From Microcystis aeruginosa Ma_SC_T_19800800_S464 (GTDB lineage Bacteria > Cyanobacteriota > Cyanobacteriia > Cyanobacteriales > Microcystaceae): a DNA stretch of 40,000 nucleotides. The stretch spans positions 15,207 to 55,206 of the forward strand of contig SFBL01000019.1 in the NCBI GenBank assembly GCA_007095785.1, read 5' to 3'. Positions within the stretch are counted from its first letter, which is position 1, and each line of letters opens with the position of its first letter. Of this stretch, positions 8,046 through 19,800 are shown piece by piece. The notes beneath the pieces were generated by a model. The model searched no databases, was not told where the DNA came from, and saw only the letters and a program-made list of their open reading frames with translations. Both the position numbers and the translations under genes were made by a program.

Positions 8046-11000
8046 TTAATCTCCTAAAAAAGCCTCTAAATCAGTAAGTTCTTGTAAGATTAAATCCTCA
8101 CTAATCTCCTGCTGAACTTCAGTGAAGTTAATCATCTTCTGGGCTGTTTTTTGAACTTTTTCACCGAAAATACGGTCAAGCAGATAATCAACTAAGCGTC
8201 TAATATTAGGAAAGTCAAAGACTAAAGAAGTGGGTAAGAGAACTTCTAATCCTTTCTCTAAACGATTTTTCAATTCAATAGAGGATAAGGAATCAATCCC
8301 CATTTCTATCAATCCTTGTTCTCTATCTGGCATAGATTTAATCCCTAAAATCATTCTGACTTGTTTGCTAACATATTCTAACAAATATTCCCGACGTTCT
8401 CCGAAAGGCATCTCCTCTAAAAGATGCAGTACAGAGTCTGATTCTTGAACAGACTTAATGGGAATTTCTGAGAGTCCTAAATTTTTTAGGAGTGGTTTCT
8501 CGCCTTTAAATTGATAGATATTTTTGAAACGAACCCAATCCACATCGGCGATTAAAACCTGTGTTTGATTAGAAGCCATAATAGCATCCATGATTCTCAA
8601 GGCCATATCTGGAGCAATTTCCCTGATCCCAATCTGTTTGAGCCAGTCCTCATAGTCTTGAGATACTATACCATTACCCGCCAATAATGCCCAATTTAAA
8701 GCCGTTGCAGGAAGACCTTGAAGATGACGGAAATGAGCCAAAGCATCCAGCCAATGACTAACAGTATCATATAAGCCTTGTTCCTTTGCCCCCCAAATTG
8801 CACCTGCCGAAGAAAACAGCACAAAATAGTCTAATTGAGTACCCAAAGATAGTTGATGTAAATTCCAAGAACCCTTAACTTTTGCCTGAAAAACTGCTTC
8901 GAGATCCTGCAAAGTACAGTCTTTTAATTGAGCTTGTCGGCCTGAGATTCCGGCAAGATGGAAAATGCCACGCAAGGGATAAGCGGTTTTTTCAATCTGG
9001 GTAAATATAGACTGCATAGCCTCAAAATTGCCAACGTCTGCCGAAATCACTTCGATTGATGCTCCTTTTTCCTCTAATTTTCTGATTTTTTCTGATATTT
9101 GGGCTAATTCGGTTACTGAATCCCACAGGAAGCGGGCTGGTAATGAGCGGCGTGTCGTTAAAATGAGATGTTTTGCTCCTAAATTGACTAAATGTTCCGC
9201 TAATTCTAAGCCTAGATGTCCTATTCCTCCCGTAATTAGGTAGGTAGCCTCAGGTTGAACCTTAACGGTTTTTCTCTCTAGAGACTTCAGAGGAAGCAGA
9301 CGAGCAACATAGCCTTGACCTTTGCGGAAGACCAAATGATCCTCATCGTGAGCATGAGTTAATCCTAATAGTAATGCGGTAATATTTTGATTAATATCAA
9401 GGTCGGGATCAAGATCCAGCATACCTCCCCATAATTGCGGATTTTCTAGGGCAATAACACGCCCCATTGCCCAAAGAGGAGACTGAAACCCGAAAGAAGG
9501 CTGTTCTAATTCAAAGGGTTGGGCCCCCTGAGTGACAAGGAATAATTGAGGGGGATTAGGGATTGTTTGAATAGCTTTGAGAAGATTTAAAAGATAGTTA
9601 CAGCGATTTAATAAAATGGATTCTGGTTGATCTTTGGCATCACTATTCAAAAGATAAATAATTCGATCTGGAGATGGATTTGACGCAAACAATTCCTCTA
9701 ATTGTTGTAGTTGATTAGCATTTAAACAAGACTCAAAAGATGATATTTGTGTATTTTTCTCCCCTTGATAAATTATCCGACAGGAATCACACTTTTTAAG
9801 TAGTTGCTCTTGAATCCCTAAGACAAAAGTATTTTGTTGAGGTTCAACATCAGTAAAAATTAGCCAGTTTTTAGCGGTGTTAGGGGAGATTTCTGAACTT
9901 TGAGCCAGAATAATACTTTGCTGAAATAAAGCAGTACCTATTTTTTGATCAGGAGAAACAAATTCCACCTGAGAAAAACCCGATTTAAGCAGCATAGATT
10001 CCCAAGTTGATGCTGTAATTATAGGATGATTTGGCCGCAAATGATAATCGCTAAAACGCCACCAACCTTGAGTGACACCAAAGATTAAATCAATCCAGGA
10101 AGATTGCTGAGTTAATTCTAACAGTAATAAATGACCGCCTGGACGTAGTAAACTTTGAATATGAGGCAAGGTTTCCTCTTGTAAATTGGCGGTAGAGTGT
10201 AAGACATTAGCTGCGATAATCAAGTCATAAGAATGACAGCAAAACCCTTGTAATATCGGGTCTTTTTCAATATCGAGAACTTTGTATTCTAGTCCAGAAA
10301 ATTCAGCCAAATTATCTCTAGCTTTCTCTAGAAAGAAGGGGGAAACATCAGTGAATGTGTAGGTAATTTGACGAGAGTTACAAGCTTTAAGAACCTGTTG
10401 GGTTGTAGCTCCAGTTCCCGCCCCAATTTCGAGAATGCGGAGGGAGGCTGAGGGAGAATAACTTGAGAGTAGAAGTTCAACGGTTTTAGAGATACCCAGA
10501 TTGAGAATTTTTGCCGAAGATGTATTTTTATAAAATTCGCTGGCTCCTCCTTGTCCATCTTGAGAAAATAGGATAGATAAAGGAGATATTTTTCCCGTAA
10601 TAATGGCCGCTAAATTTGTGGCAACTTGTCGAAATAGATTGAGTTCTATTTGAGCATTAGGATAATGATTGATTAAATCTTCTACCGCTACATCAGGATT
10701 AGATTGTTCAGGTTCTTTAACAATTTTCCATCGGGTATTTTGCTTTTCTAAAATGCCGACTTTCGCTAGTATTTCTAGGACATAATTCCAGAAAGATTTA
10801 TATTCTTGTTTGAGTCCAGCTTGAATAAAACTTTGATCGGGATCAAGAAAGGTATTCATTTGAAAGAGTTCTAAATCTTTCAGAGCTTTAACAACAAAGT
10901 CAGCCGTCAGTTTTTGCATTTCAGAAAAAGCGAGAGAAACTCCCATCAATTCTGAGGATTGTAATTGGGGTTCTAAGTAAACCTCTAAATCCGTTTTAAG

Positions 11001-14000
11001 GCTGGTCAGATTTTCTAGCTTACCGTTAGCTAAATCACAGGGAAGCCAAGCTACTTGATAAAGTAATTTGGCAAAATCAAAGTCCTCTTTTTCTTGATAA
11101 TACAGCTTAATCAACTGTTGAACAATGGCAGATATTGTTGGTTTTTCATCTTCAGAATAATGACCTGTTTCTAAGAGGGTTTGCATCAAAGTAGTTTTGT
11201 CCTTTTCAGATAACATTTTGACTAGATTAGATTCCTGTGGAACAGTGGCAGATGGGGTTTTTAAAGGAATCCAGTGTTGACGTTTTTGAAAGGGATAAGT
11301 AGGTAAAGCGCATCGTCTAGGATGATAGTCTTGATCAAAACTAAACCAGTCTATCTTTGCACCGCGAACATAGAGTTTACCTAGACTTTCTAATAAAACT
11401 TGCCAATCAGAAAATCCCGATCGTAAACTGGGTAGAGTTAGAGGTTCAGATGAAGATAGAGATGATTGAATAATTCCTGAGAGAATAGGTTGAGGTCCAA
11501 TTTCAATAAAAGTATCACATCCAAGAGATTGTAGGAATAAAGCTCCTTGGTGAAATTGTACCGTATTTAGTAAATGTTGAAGCCAATACTCAGGAGTCAT
11601 AATGCTGTCATCAGCAATTTCTCCCGTTAGGTTAGAGACCAGAGAAATTTGAGGTTGACTGAAAGAAATCTCTTGAAGAATCGTTTTAAATTCTGCAACC
11701 ATTGGTTCTACTAAAGGGGAGTGAAAAGCATGAGAAACTTTAAGTTGACGAACTTTAACCCCAGCATTAGTAAAATGGTTACAGAGTTTTTGAATTACGT
11801 TTTTTTCTCCAGAAATAACGGTATGTTGTTCTGCGTTAATGGCAGCAATAGCGATTTTTATTCCCTGACTTTGGCAATGCTCAATAACTGAGTTCTTATC
11901 GAGAAAAATAGCCGCCATTTCCCCTTGATTTTGGGGTAATTGCCCCATCAAGTTGCCTCGATGGCTGACCAGTTTTAAGCCACTTTCAAGATCAAAAACA
12001 CCAGCAAAACAAGCAGCCGAATATTCTCCTAAACTATGGCCTAAAATAGCGGCTGGTTGAATTCCCCAAGAATGCCATAATTGAGCGAGAGCAACTTCAA
12101 TCAGAAATAGTGCAGGTTGGGTATAAGCGGTTTGGTTTAAGGAGTCATCTGTATCAGCAAATACGACGTTTAGTAGGGATTTACCCGTTAGTTTTTGATA
12201 GTATTTTTCCCCTGCGTCTAAAGTTTTTCTAAAGGTGGGTTGAGTCTGATAGAGTTGATGAGCCATCCCTGCATATTGAGAACCTTGTCCTGTAAATAAA
12301 AAGGCAATTTTAGGCGGTCTTTTTTCATCAGCTATACCATGAATAGTTGACTGATAATCTAGTTGCTTGAACTGACGTAATTGTTCAATAAAATCACTGT
12401 TTTTATAGCCAGTTAATGCTAAACGATTCGAGAAATGAACTCGGCCTGTATTGGCCGTAAATACTACATCAGACATATCCTTTTCAGGTTGACTTTCTAA
12501 AAAGTCTATGTAGCGACTTACTAAATCTGTTAAAGCTGGTTCGGTTCGAGCGGAAAGGGTGAGCAAATGATAGGGACGTTTGCTCTGATTGTCTTGAGGA
12601 ATAATGGGAGGAGCTTCTTCTAGAATAACATGAGCATTAACCCCGCCAATACCTAAAGAGTTTACCCCTGCCCGTCGGGGTAATTTTTCGTCCTTGTCTT
12701 GCTTAGTAGTCCAAGAAATAGCTTCATTATTAATATAAAAAGGATTCTGAGAAAAATTAATTTGAGGGTTAGGATTTTGGAAATGTAATGTAGGTGGAAT
12801 AACTCTATGTTTGAGGGACAAAGTAGCTTTAATTAAACCGGCAATACCGGAAGCAATCTGCATATGTCCGATATTAGTTTTTACTGAACCTAAAGCACAT
12901 TTTCCCTCATTTGCACCCTGATAAACTTTAGCTAAAGCATCAACTTCAATGGGATCTCCAAGGGGGGTTCCTGTGCCATGAGCTTCCACAAAACTAATTG
13001 TATTAGCATCAACACCGGCAAAGGCTAGGGCTTCCGTAGCGGCAGCAATTTGACCCTCTCCACCGGGGGCAGTAAATCCTAATTTTTGGCCACCATCATT
13101 ATTAATAGCAGAGCCTTTAATAACTGCATAAATATGGTCATGATCGGCTAAAGCATCTGACAATCTTTTGAGCAGAATTACTCCTACTCCACTGCCAAAA
13201 ATAGTCCCTTTTGCTTCAGCATCAAAGGCGCGACAATGACCATCAGGAGACATAATCAGTCCTTCTTGATATAAATAACCAATTTTTTGAGGAGAATTAA
13301 TTGAAGCAGCTCCAGCTAGAGCCATGTCACTTTCTCCACTAATTAGACTCTGACAAGCGAGATGAACTACAACTAATCCAGTAGAGCAAGCAGTTTGAAC
13401 ATTAACGCTTGGGCCCTGTAAGTTTAGTTTATAAGAAATTCGCGTTGTTAAATAGTCTTTGTCATTAGCTACCATTGTTTGAAACCCTCCCGTTGAATCT
13501 AGTGTGAAGGGTTGTAACTCGTCATTACTATCTAATTGACCCCGATTAGGATAACAATTATTTATCAAATAGGTGTTCATACTTGCGCCAGCAAATATAC
13601 CAATTGATCCTTGATAAGTACTAGGATTATAACCAGCGTTTTCTAAACATTCCCAACTACATTCAAGAAGTAAACGTTGCTGAGGATCTAGTAATTCTGC
13701 CTCTCTATCTGTATAGCCAAAAAATTCGCTGTCAAAGTATTCAACTTGATCGAGAATTGGTCTAGCTCTAACATAATTAGGCTGATTAAAGAGTTCCGGA
13801 GACACTCCCGACTCTTGTAATTCTTCTTCCGAAAAGAAAGAGATAGTTTCGATTCCATTTTTTAAATTTTCCCAGAAGGTTGTTAAATTTTTAGCCCCAG
13901 GGAATTGCCCCGCCATACCAATAATTGCAATGTCATGGGTTTCATTATGGCGACGGGTCCGATTTTCGGCACGTTGACGGCTTTTTTGTGCTATAACTTG

Positions 14001-15941
14001 AGTGGTATTTGATTCTTCGCTTAAGAAACGGGCTAGGGTGGCAACGGTAGGATTTTTAAACATTTCAGCAAGGGATAGCTGACGGTTAAAAAGTTTTTCA
14101 AGTTCATTTTGAACTCGGATTAAGTGTATAGAATGTCCCCCTAGTTCAAAGAAGTTATCCTCCAAACCAACTGAGGTTAACTGTAAAACTTCACTCCAAA
14201 CTGCTGCTATTTGACGTTCATTTTCTGATTGAGGTAAGGTTTGATTTTTCTGGCGCTCTTTTGCTAAATATTGCTCTATTTCTTGGATAAGGCTGGTAAA
14301 TAATCCCTGTTCAAAATCCTTTTTTAATTTAGATTTTTGAACCTTGCCAATAGAGGTTTTAGGAACTAAATTCCTTTCTAAGGGAATGACATAAGCTGGA
14401 GCAATCCCGAATTTTTGGGTCAAATGACTGCGAATTTTTCTAACAACTTTTATCCAGTGTTCAAATTGATCAGATTCTGGGCTAAAAGTAATAATTAATA
14501 AGTCAGTTTCTCGACTTTGATCAAAGACGGCAAAGGCGGCTGTATAAGATACTTTAACCCCTTCTAATTCTTCGATTGTTGTTTCAAGTTCATGGGCAAA
14601 GTAATTAACACCATTAATTATAATTTCTTGTTTTTCTCGCCCAGTAATAAAGAGTTCCCCATTAAATAAATACCCCAAATCTCCCGTAGTAAACCACCCT
14701 TCTTGAAAAACTTCCAGGTTGAGTTCATTATTATTGTAATATCCTTTAGTAACAGAATTACCTTGAATTTGAAGCTTTCCAATTTCTCTTTCAGGTAAAG
14801 GATTATTTTCCTGATCGACTATCCGGATAGTTGCTCCAGGAATCGGCTTTCCTAGAGAGACAAAACTATTTTCTTCGGTGAGTTCATTTTTACTTAAACC
14901 GGCTGACCAAGTAATCCCAGAACAGGATTCAGTCATGCCAAAGGCCGGTTTAATCGCTCTCTCCCGTAGTTGATGTTTTTCAAGAATTTCTAAGAATAGG
15001 CGAATCGTTTTTACTGAAACTTGCTCGCCAGCATTCACTAAAAATTTCATTGAGGAGAGGTTATAAGAGGCGTGCTTAAGTTCTTCGGCCTGTTGATTAA
15101 TTAAGGAAAATGCAAAGTTAGGGGACCAAGAAATGCTTACTTGATGCTTTTGAATGAGGTCTAACCATTGGAGAGGTTGGCGTAGGACTAATTCCATCGG
15201 AACATGAATTTGATGACAAGCCAAATCTACCGCCATAATTCCTAAAAATACGATAGCTCCTACATGATCTAAGGGCATCCAATTAAGGGTAACTTCTTGT
15301 TGGGTAAAGTGGTTCATTGCCACTGTACCAGCAGTCATGGACAGAATATTATGATGAGTTAATATTACTCCCTTGGGCATACCCGTACTACCCGAAGTAA
15401 AGAGTAATAAGGCCGTATCTTGTGGATCAATAATCGGTAATTGATGGACTTTAGAGGGGGCTTTTCTGAGTTCATTAACTGAGATAACTTGCCACCCTTC
15501 TAGATGAGAGTAAGTTCCTAATTTTTCAATTTCAGTAATTAGTTCACTGTCGGATAATATCAAAGGATTGTCTAAAATTTTCCAAACATTCTCTAGTTTT
15601 TTGACGGCAGAATTTTCCAGATCATAGCTAGGAGCAACGGTCAAAGGAACTGGAATAATTCCCCCTAAAAAACAAGCCCAGAGTGCGGGAATAAAGTCTT
15701 GATTTTTGGCAATTTGTAGAATGACTTTATGCCCTAATTTTATTCCTTTTTGTTCCAGTCCATTTAAAATAACCAGAGCATCTTGATATAAGTCTTGATA
15801 ACTCTGAAAATATTCAGTTGCGTCATTTTTAATATAAGTAATTCCATGATTATTATGTTTAGTGGCACTTTCTAAGACTTCTGACAGAGTCCGCCAATTA
15901 TCTTCCAATTGTCCTCCAAAACTGATTGAATGCTTAGACAT
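8046..15941 (-). CDS. mcyG: Microcystin synthetase G: loading adenylation domain plus carrier protein fused to a PKS module (A-PCP-KS-AT-CM-KR-ACP)
   Basis: Motifs read on the minus strand: A-domain core FTSGSTGMPKG (15370-15402) and PCP LGGHS with Ser at 14130-14132. KS is QTACSTG with Cys at 13386-13388, and AT has GQGSQ, GHSLGE (Ser 12033-12035) and HAFHS. The C-methyltransferase motif is ILEIGAGTGATT (10401-10436) and the KR motif is ITGGIGHLG (9210-9248). The C-terminal ACP is GIDSL with Ser at 8289-8291. The start is set at ATG 15941, which gives 2631 aa and has AGAGG 8 nt upstream. The track's TTG at 16013 is rejected. Confidence 0.96.
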   Translation of the reverse strand: MSKHSISFGGQLEDNWRTLSEVLESATKHNNHGITYIKNDATEYFQSYQDLYQDALVILNGLEQKGIKLGHKVILQIAKNQDFIPALWACFLGGIIPVPLTVAPSYDLENSAVKKLENVWKILDNPLILSDSELITEIEKLGTYSHLEGWQVISVNELRKAPSKVHQLPIIDPQDTALLLFTSGSTGMPKGVILTHHNILSMTAGTVAMNHFTQQEVTLNWMPLDHVGAIVFLGIMAVDLACHQIHVPMELVLRQPLQWLDLIQKHQVSISWSPNFAFSLINQQAEELKHASYNLSSMKFLVNAGEQVSVKTIRLFLEILEKHQLRERAIKPAFGMTESCSGITWSAGLSKNELTEENSFVSLGKPIPGATIRIVDQENNPLPEREIGKLQIQGNSVTKGYYNNNELNLEVFQEGWFTTGDLGYLFNGELFITGREKQEIIINGVNYFAHELETTIEELEGVKVSYTAAFAVFDQSRETDLLIITFSPESDQFEHWIKVVRKIRSHLTQKFGIAPAYVIPLERNLVPKTSIGKVQKSKLKKDFEQGLFTSLIQEIEQYLAKERQKNQTLPQSENERQIAAVWSEVLQLTSVGLEDNFFELGGHSIHLIRVQNELEKLFNRQLSLAEMFKNPTVATLARFLSEESNTTQVIAQKSRQRAENRTRRHNETHDIAIIGMAGQFPGAKNLTTFWENLKNGIETISFFSEEELQESGVSPELFNQPNYVRARPILDQVEYFDSEFFGYTDREAELLDPQQRLLLECSWECLENAGYNPSTYQGSIGIFAGASMNTYLINNCYPNRGQLDSNDELQPFTLDSTGGFQTMVANDKDYLTTRISYKLNLQGPSVNVQTACSTGLVVVHLACQSLISGESDMALAGAASINSPQKIGYLYQEGLIMSPDGHCRAFDAEAKGTIFGSGVGVILLKRLSDALADHDHIYAVIKGSAINNDGGQKLGFTAPGGEGQIAAATEALAFAGVDANTISFVEAHGTGTPLGDPIEVDALAKVYQGANEGKCALGSVKTNIGHMQIASGIAGLIKATLSLKHRVIPPTLHFQNPNPQINFSQNPFYINNEAISWTTKQDKDEKLPRRAGVNSLGIGGVNAHVILEEAPPIIPQDNQSKRPYHLLTLSARTEPALTDLVSRYIDFLESQPEKDMSDVVFTANTGRVHFSNRLALTGYKNSDFIEQLRQFKQLDYQSTIHGIADEKRPPKIAFLFTGQGSQYAGMAHQLYQTQPTFRKTLDAGEKYYQKLTGKSLLNVVFADTDDSLNQTAYTQPALFLIEVALAQLWHSWGIQPAAILGHSLGEYSAACFAGVFDLESGLKLVSHRGNLMGQLPQNQGEMAAIFLDKNSVIEHCQSQGIKIAIAAINAEQHTVISGEKNVIQKLCNHFTNAGVKVRQLKVSHAFHSPLVEPMVAEFKTILQEISFSQPQISLVSNLTGEIADDSIMTPEYWLQHLLNTVQFHQGALFLQSLGCDTFIEIGPQPILSGIIQSSLSSSEPLTLPSLRSGFSDWQVLLESLGKLYVRGAKIDWFSFDQDYHPRRCALPTYPFQKRQHWIPLKTPSATVPQESNLVKMLSEKDKTTLMQTLLETGHYSEDEKPTISAIVQQLIKLYYQEKEDFDFAKLLYQVAWLPCDLANGKLENLTSLKTDLEVYLEPQLQSSELMGVSLAFSEMQKLTADFVVKALKDLELFQMNTFLDPDQSFIQAGLKQEYKSFWNYVLEILAKVGILEKQNTRWKIVKEPEQSNPDVAVEDLINHYPNAQIELNLFRQVATNLAAIITGKISPLSILFSQDGQGGASEFYKNTSSAKILNLGISKTVELLLSSYSPSASLRILEIGAGTGATTQQVLKACNSRQITYTFTDVSPFFLEKARDNLAEFSGLEYKVLDIEKDPILQGFCCHSYDLIIAANVLHSTANLQEETLPHIQSLLRPGGHLLLLELTQQSSWIDLIFGVTQGWWRFSDYHLRPNHPIITASTWESMLLKSGFSQVEFVSPDQKIGTALFQQSIILAQSSEISPNTAKNWLIFTDVEPQQNTFVLGIQEQLLKKCDSCRIIYQGEKNTQISSFESCLNANQLQQLEELFASNPSPDRIIYLLNSDAKDQPESILLNRCNYLLNLLKAIQTIPNPPQLFLVTQGAQPFELEQPSFGFQSPLWAMGRVIALENPQLWGGMLDLDPDLDINQNITALLLGLTHAHDEDHLVFRKGQGYVARLLPLKSLERKTVKVQPEATYLITGGIGHLGLELAEHLVNLGAKHLILTTRRSLPARFLWDSVTELAQISEKIRKLEEKGASIEVISADVGNFEAMQSIFTQIEKTAYPLRGIFHLAGISGRQAQLKDCTLQDLEAVFQAKVKGSWNLHQLSLGTQLDYFVLFSSAGAIWGAKEQGLYDTVSHWLDALAHFRHLQGLPATALNWALLAGNGIVSQDYEDWLKQIGIREIAPDMALRIMDAIMASNQTQVLIADVDWVRFKNIYQFKGEKPLLKNLGLSEIPIKSVQESDSVLHLLEEMPFGERREYLLEYVSKQVRMILGIKSMPDREQGLIEMGIDSLSSIELKNRLEKGLEVLLPTSLVFDFPNIRRLVDYLLDRIFGEKVQKTAQKMINFTEVQQEISEDLILQELTDLEAFLGD

Positions 15942-16071
15942 TTTTTTACACCTCTTTATCAAAAATAGGACTAATCTTGAAAACCTGATAAACCAGTATA
16001 TCGCTACCCACAAGTTAAAAGTCAGAAGTCATCAACTCAAGTTTGAATTGTACCTGATAGAGGTGCGATGG

Positions 16072-16827
16072 TCAAGGGCTTTTTGGGTTTGAAGGCTGAT
16101 GGCAGTCGGTCACTAGATCTACCTGAGCTTGTTTGATGATTAACTGAGAAAAGTTTTGAGCGATAGTACTTAAAGGATCGATCGCTTTAATGGAGTCAAT
16201 TCCTTTGAGTTTGAGAGATTTTGTTAAGAGATGAAATTCGGTACACCCAGAAATATAGGAGCGAGTGTTATATTTCTCTAATAATGCTTCTATATCCCTA
16301 AGAATACTTAACGGATCGTGTCCTCTTTTTAGCACTTTATAGATCATTTCATGAATCAACTTTTGATCACTTTCTGAGAGAGAAATAATCAGATCTGCGG
16401 TGGTGCAGCCTTCATGAAATAATTTTTTCTGGTAAGTCCCTGTACTAGCAAGTAAAAGGGTAGGTTCATTATATTCTTGGAGTTCTTGATCCGCTATTTT
16501 AATTAAGGAAATAAGTTTATCCGTCAGATTTTCGGGAATCTGAGGTAGAGCATAATGAGCCGTACAACAGCCAATGACTATGCAATCAGCCAGTTTATTG
16601 AGATGTTCCAAATTGACTTGGATAAAATCAATAAATTCTCTTTCTTTTCCACTATCAATAGAACCTGTGCGATCAGGTGCAGAGGGAAGAGAAAAAACGA
16701 TGACATTAGGGGCTTCTTGTTCCTTATCAATAAAAGGGTTATATTCATAAATCGACTTAAGAAATTCGGCGGTAACCACTGGTCCCATACCCCCTAAAAT
16801 GCCAAGAATCGGTAGTTTTGTCTTCAT
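16072..16827 (-). CDS. mcyF: Asp/Glu racemase-family enzyme of the microcystin pathway
   Basis: A 251-aa ORF with GILGGMGP and the two catalytic Cys motifs of Asp/Glu racemases (IGCCTAHY and ISGCTEFHL). The ATG at 16825-16827 has AGGAG 7 nt upstream. It lies between mcyE and mcyG, as in Microcystis. Confidence 0.93.
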   Translation of the reverse strand: MKTKLPILGILGGMGPVVTAEFLKSIYEYNPFIDKEQEAPNVIVFSLPSAPDRTGSIDSGKEREFIDFIQVNLEHLNKLADCIVIGCCTAHYALPQIPENLTDKLISLIKIADQELQEYNEPTLLLASTGTYQKKLFHEGCTTADLIISLSESDQKLIHEMIYKVLKRGHDPLSILRDIEALLEKYNTRSYISGCTEFHLLTKSLKLKGIDSIKAIDPLSTIAQNFSQLIIKQAQVDLVTDCHQPSNPKSP

Positions 16828-16858
16828 TAAAATCTCCTGCTCGTATAATTGCTGTTGA

Positions 16859-19800
16859 CTAAAAATTAAAGTCTTCTGTGAACAGTTCCTGCCCCTCTTG
16901 AATAAGATTTTCTGAGGAAGCTAAGGATAAGTTTATCAAAGGTTCATGGGCAAATTTTAAAACTTGCTCCAGCCAGTTTTTGAACAAATTTATGATCAAT
17001 AAAATTCGCTCATGGATAAATATATCTGTGTTGTAGATTAGCTTGAGATAAAGTTCTTCTTCCTCAACAAAGATAAATTCTAAATCAAATTTAGCGGTAA
17101 TCATTTTTGGGTCAATGGAGTTAACTATAATTCCGTCCAAGGCCAGATCTACATTTTGATTGTTTTGCAGGACAATTGCAACATCAAAGAGAGCATTACG
17201 GCTAGGATCTCGTTGTAAATTCAAATCAGATACGATCTGATCAAATGGATAGTCTTGATGATCATAAGCCTCTAAAGTGGTTGTTTTTACTTTGCTAAGG
17301 ACATCCGTAAAACTGTCGTGATCTGCTATCTGATCCCGCAGGACGAGAGTGTTAACATAAAATCCGATTTGATCTTCTAAATCAGGATGATTTCTGCCAG
17401 CGATAGCAGAGCCTATTGTAATTTCATTTTGCTCAGTATAACGGAATAGAAAACTCTTAACCAAACTAACTAAACCCATAAATAAACTGGCTTCTTGTGC
17501 TTTAACTAACTTCTCAAAAGTATCGATCAATTCGGGTTCAGGTTGCCATGTAATTGTATTTCCCTGAAAACTTTTAACAGGTGGGCGCGGATAATCAACA
17601 GGTAAGTTAAGACGAACAGGAACTGGAGTTAATTTAGCTAACCAGTAATCCCGTTGATCTTGAAGTTTCGAGGTCTCTAATTGATTTTCTTGCCAAGAAG
17701 TATAGTCTTTATAATGAATTCTAAGAGGGTCCATTAATTGGGAATTTTCTTGTCCATAGGCGTGATAATGGGTGAGGAAATCTTTAATTAAAACCCCTGC
17801 TGACCAACCATCAAAAATGATATGGTGCATATTAAACAAGACGATGTAATTCTCTTGACTTAGTTTAAGTAAGTTAACTTTAAGTAACGGTCCCACTTCT
17901 AAATCAAAAGTCGTTTTGGCATTATGGCTGATTGCTTCTTCGATCAGGTTTTCTTGTTCTGTGCTAACATAAGCTGTCAGGTCTATTTGTTTAATGACAA
18001 AGTTCATTTGATTATGGACAACTTGACGGGGTTGATTATTGATTAAAGTAAAGGTTGTCCGCAAAATTTCATGGCGTTGAATTAACTGTTGAAAGGCATT
18101 TTCAAAAGCATCAATATTGAGATTGCCCTTGAATTGATAAGCACTGGGCATTCCGTAAGCATTATGATTGTGATCTAGAAATTCTAAAGCCCAAAGACGA
18201 CGCTGACCATGAGACATCGGATAGGATTTTTGGGGGGGAATTGCCGCAATGGGTTCTTGATAATTGTATTGAGTCTGGGAGATTAAAGTCGCCAATCCAG
18301 CAATGGTTGGAACTTTAAAGAAGTCAGCCAATTTTACGGATACATTTAGTTCTTTATGAACCCGGGTTACAACCCTTGATAAGAGTAGAGAATGACCGCC
18401 AATTTCAAAGAAGTTATCAAAAATACCGATAGGATGTTTAGAGAGAATTTTTTCCCAGATACTAACGAGATTGGATTCTAAATAATTCCGGGGTGCAACA
18501 TAATTAGAAGTCACCAGAGATTTACCGGTTTCTCTGAGTTCTCTCAGGGAGTGCAGGTCAAGTTTCCCATGTCGAGTTAAGGGGAATTGCTTTAAAAAAA
18601 TAAAGTAACTCGGAATCATATAAACTGGTAAAAATTTGGCAAGAAATTCTCGAATCTCAGCAATTTCCAGAGTTTTGTCTGTTTGACAGTAAGCAGATAA
18701 TTGAGTTTGATTATTAACTTGAACGGGTAAAACAATCGCTCTTTCAATGGGAGCATAACGAGTCAATTGATATTCAATTTCTCCGGGATCAATTCGATAA
18801 CCATTGACCTTAACTTGATTATCTTTTCGTCCCATAAACTCAATGATACCGGGAGCAGTTTGCTTGCCTAAATCGCCGGTTCTAAAGAGAGTTTTTGTCT
18901 CATCAAGAAAGCTAGGTTTAAATTTTTCTTGAGTCATTTCGGGTTGGTTATGATAACCCGATGCTAGGGCGGCACCTTCTACACAAATTTCGCCGATTAC
19001 ATGGAGGGGAACGGGATTATTAAATTCATCAAGAACCCCTAAGCGATTGTTATGGAAAACTTGACCGAGGGGGATTTCGCTGTCTAAGTTTTCCGTGATT
19101 TCATACTGGGATACTCCTACACAAGTTTCTGTAGATCCGTAGACATTGCTAACAATTTCTGCTGGAAAACGTTTCCGTAAAGCTAAGGCAGTTTCCCGAT
19201 CTAATTTTTCCCCTCCTACCGAGATATATTTTAAGCTGGAAATGGTTTCTTCTGGTTCAAGTAGCCCGAAGATTTCTCGATAGATAGATGGGGTGGTGTG
19301 TAGGGCATTAATTTGATTTTCCTGTAAGAAAGAAACCAAATGTCCTATATATTTTATTTCGTACATATATAGGGATGCACCTATGGTTAAAGGGAGAAAA
19401 ATATTACGAATAGATGGATCATGAGTAACAGCAGCTGTGAAAATATAGCGCCATTCAGGATGTTTATCTAAATCAAAGGTAAGTCGTAAGCTTTGAATAA
19501 CATTCAAAATTGAGATGTGACGGCCCATGACTCCTTTAGGATTACCAGTTGAGCCTGAAGTGTAGAAAATATAGGCGGTTTGGCTAGAGTTGCGAAATAT
19601 TTTAGGCTCATCTTTGTCATATTTTTCAACAATAGGATCAATTTTATCTAAGCAAATTTTCTCCATTTTTTCAGGTAACTTAGAGATAAAATTACTCTCC
19701 GTTAGGCAAACATGACAGCCACTATCTTTTAAAATAAACTCAATGCGACTGTTAGGATATTGAGAGTCTATAGGAACGTAAGTCGCTCCAGTTTTAAAGG

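Noticed and set aside
15942-16013. A 24-codon N-terminal extension of the mcyG ORF (start at 16013).
   Set aside because: The first codon is TTG. The ATG at 15941 has an AGAGG SD-like sequence 8 nt upstream and gives a 2631-aa protein, which matches the length I recall for McyG.
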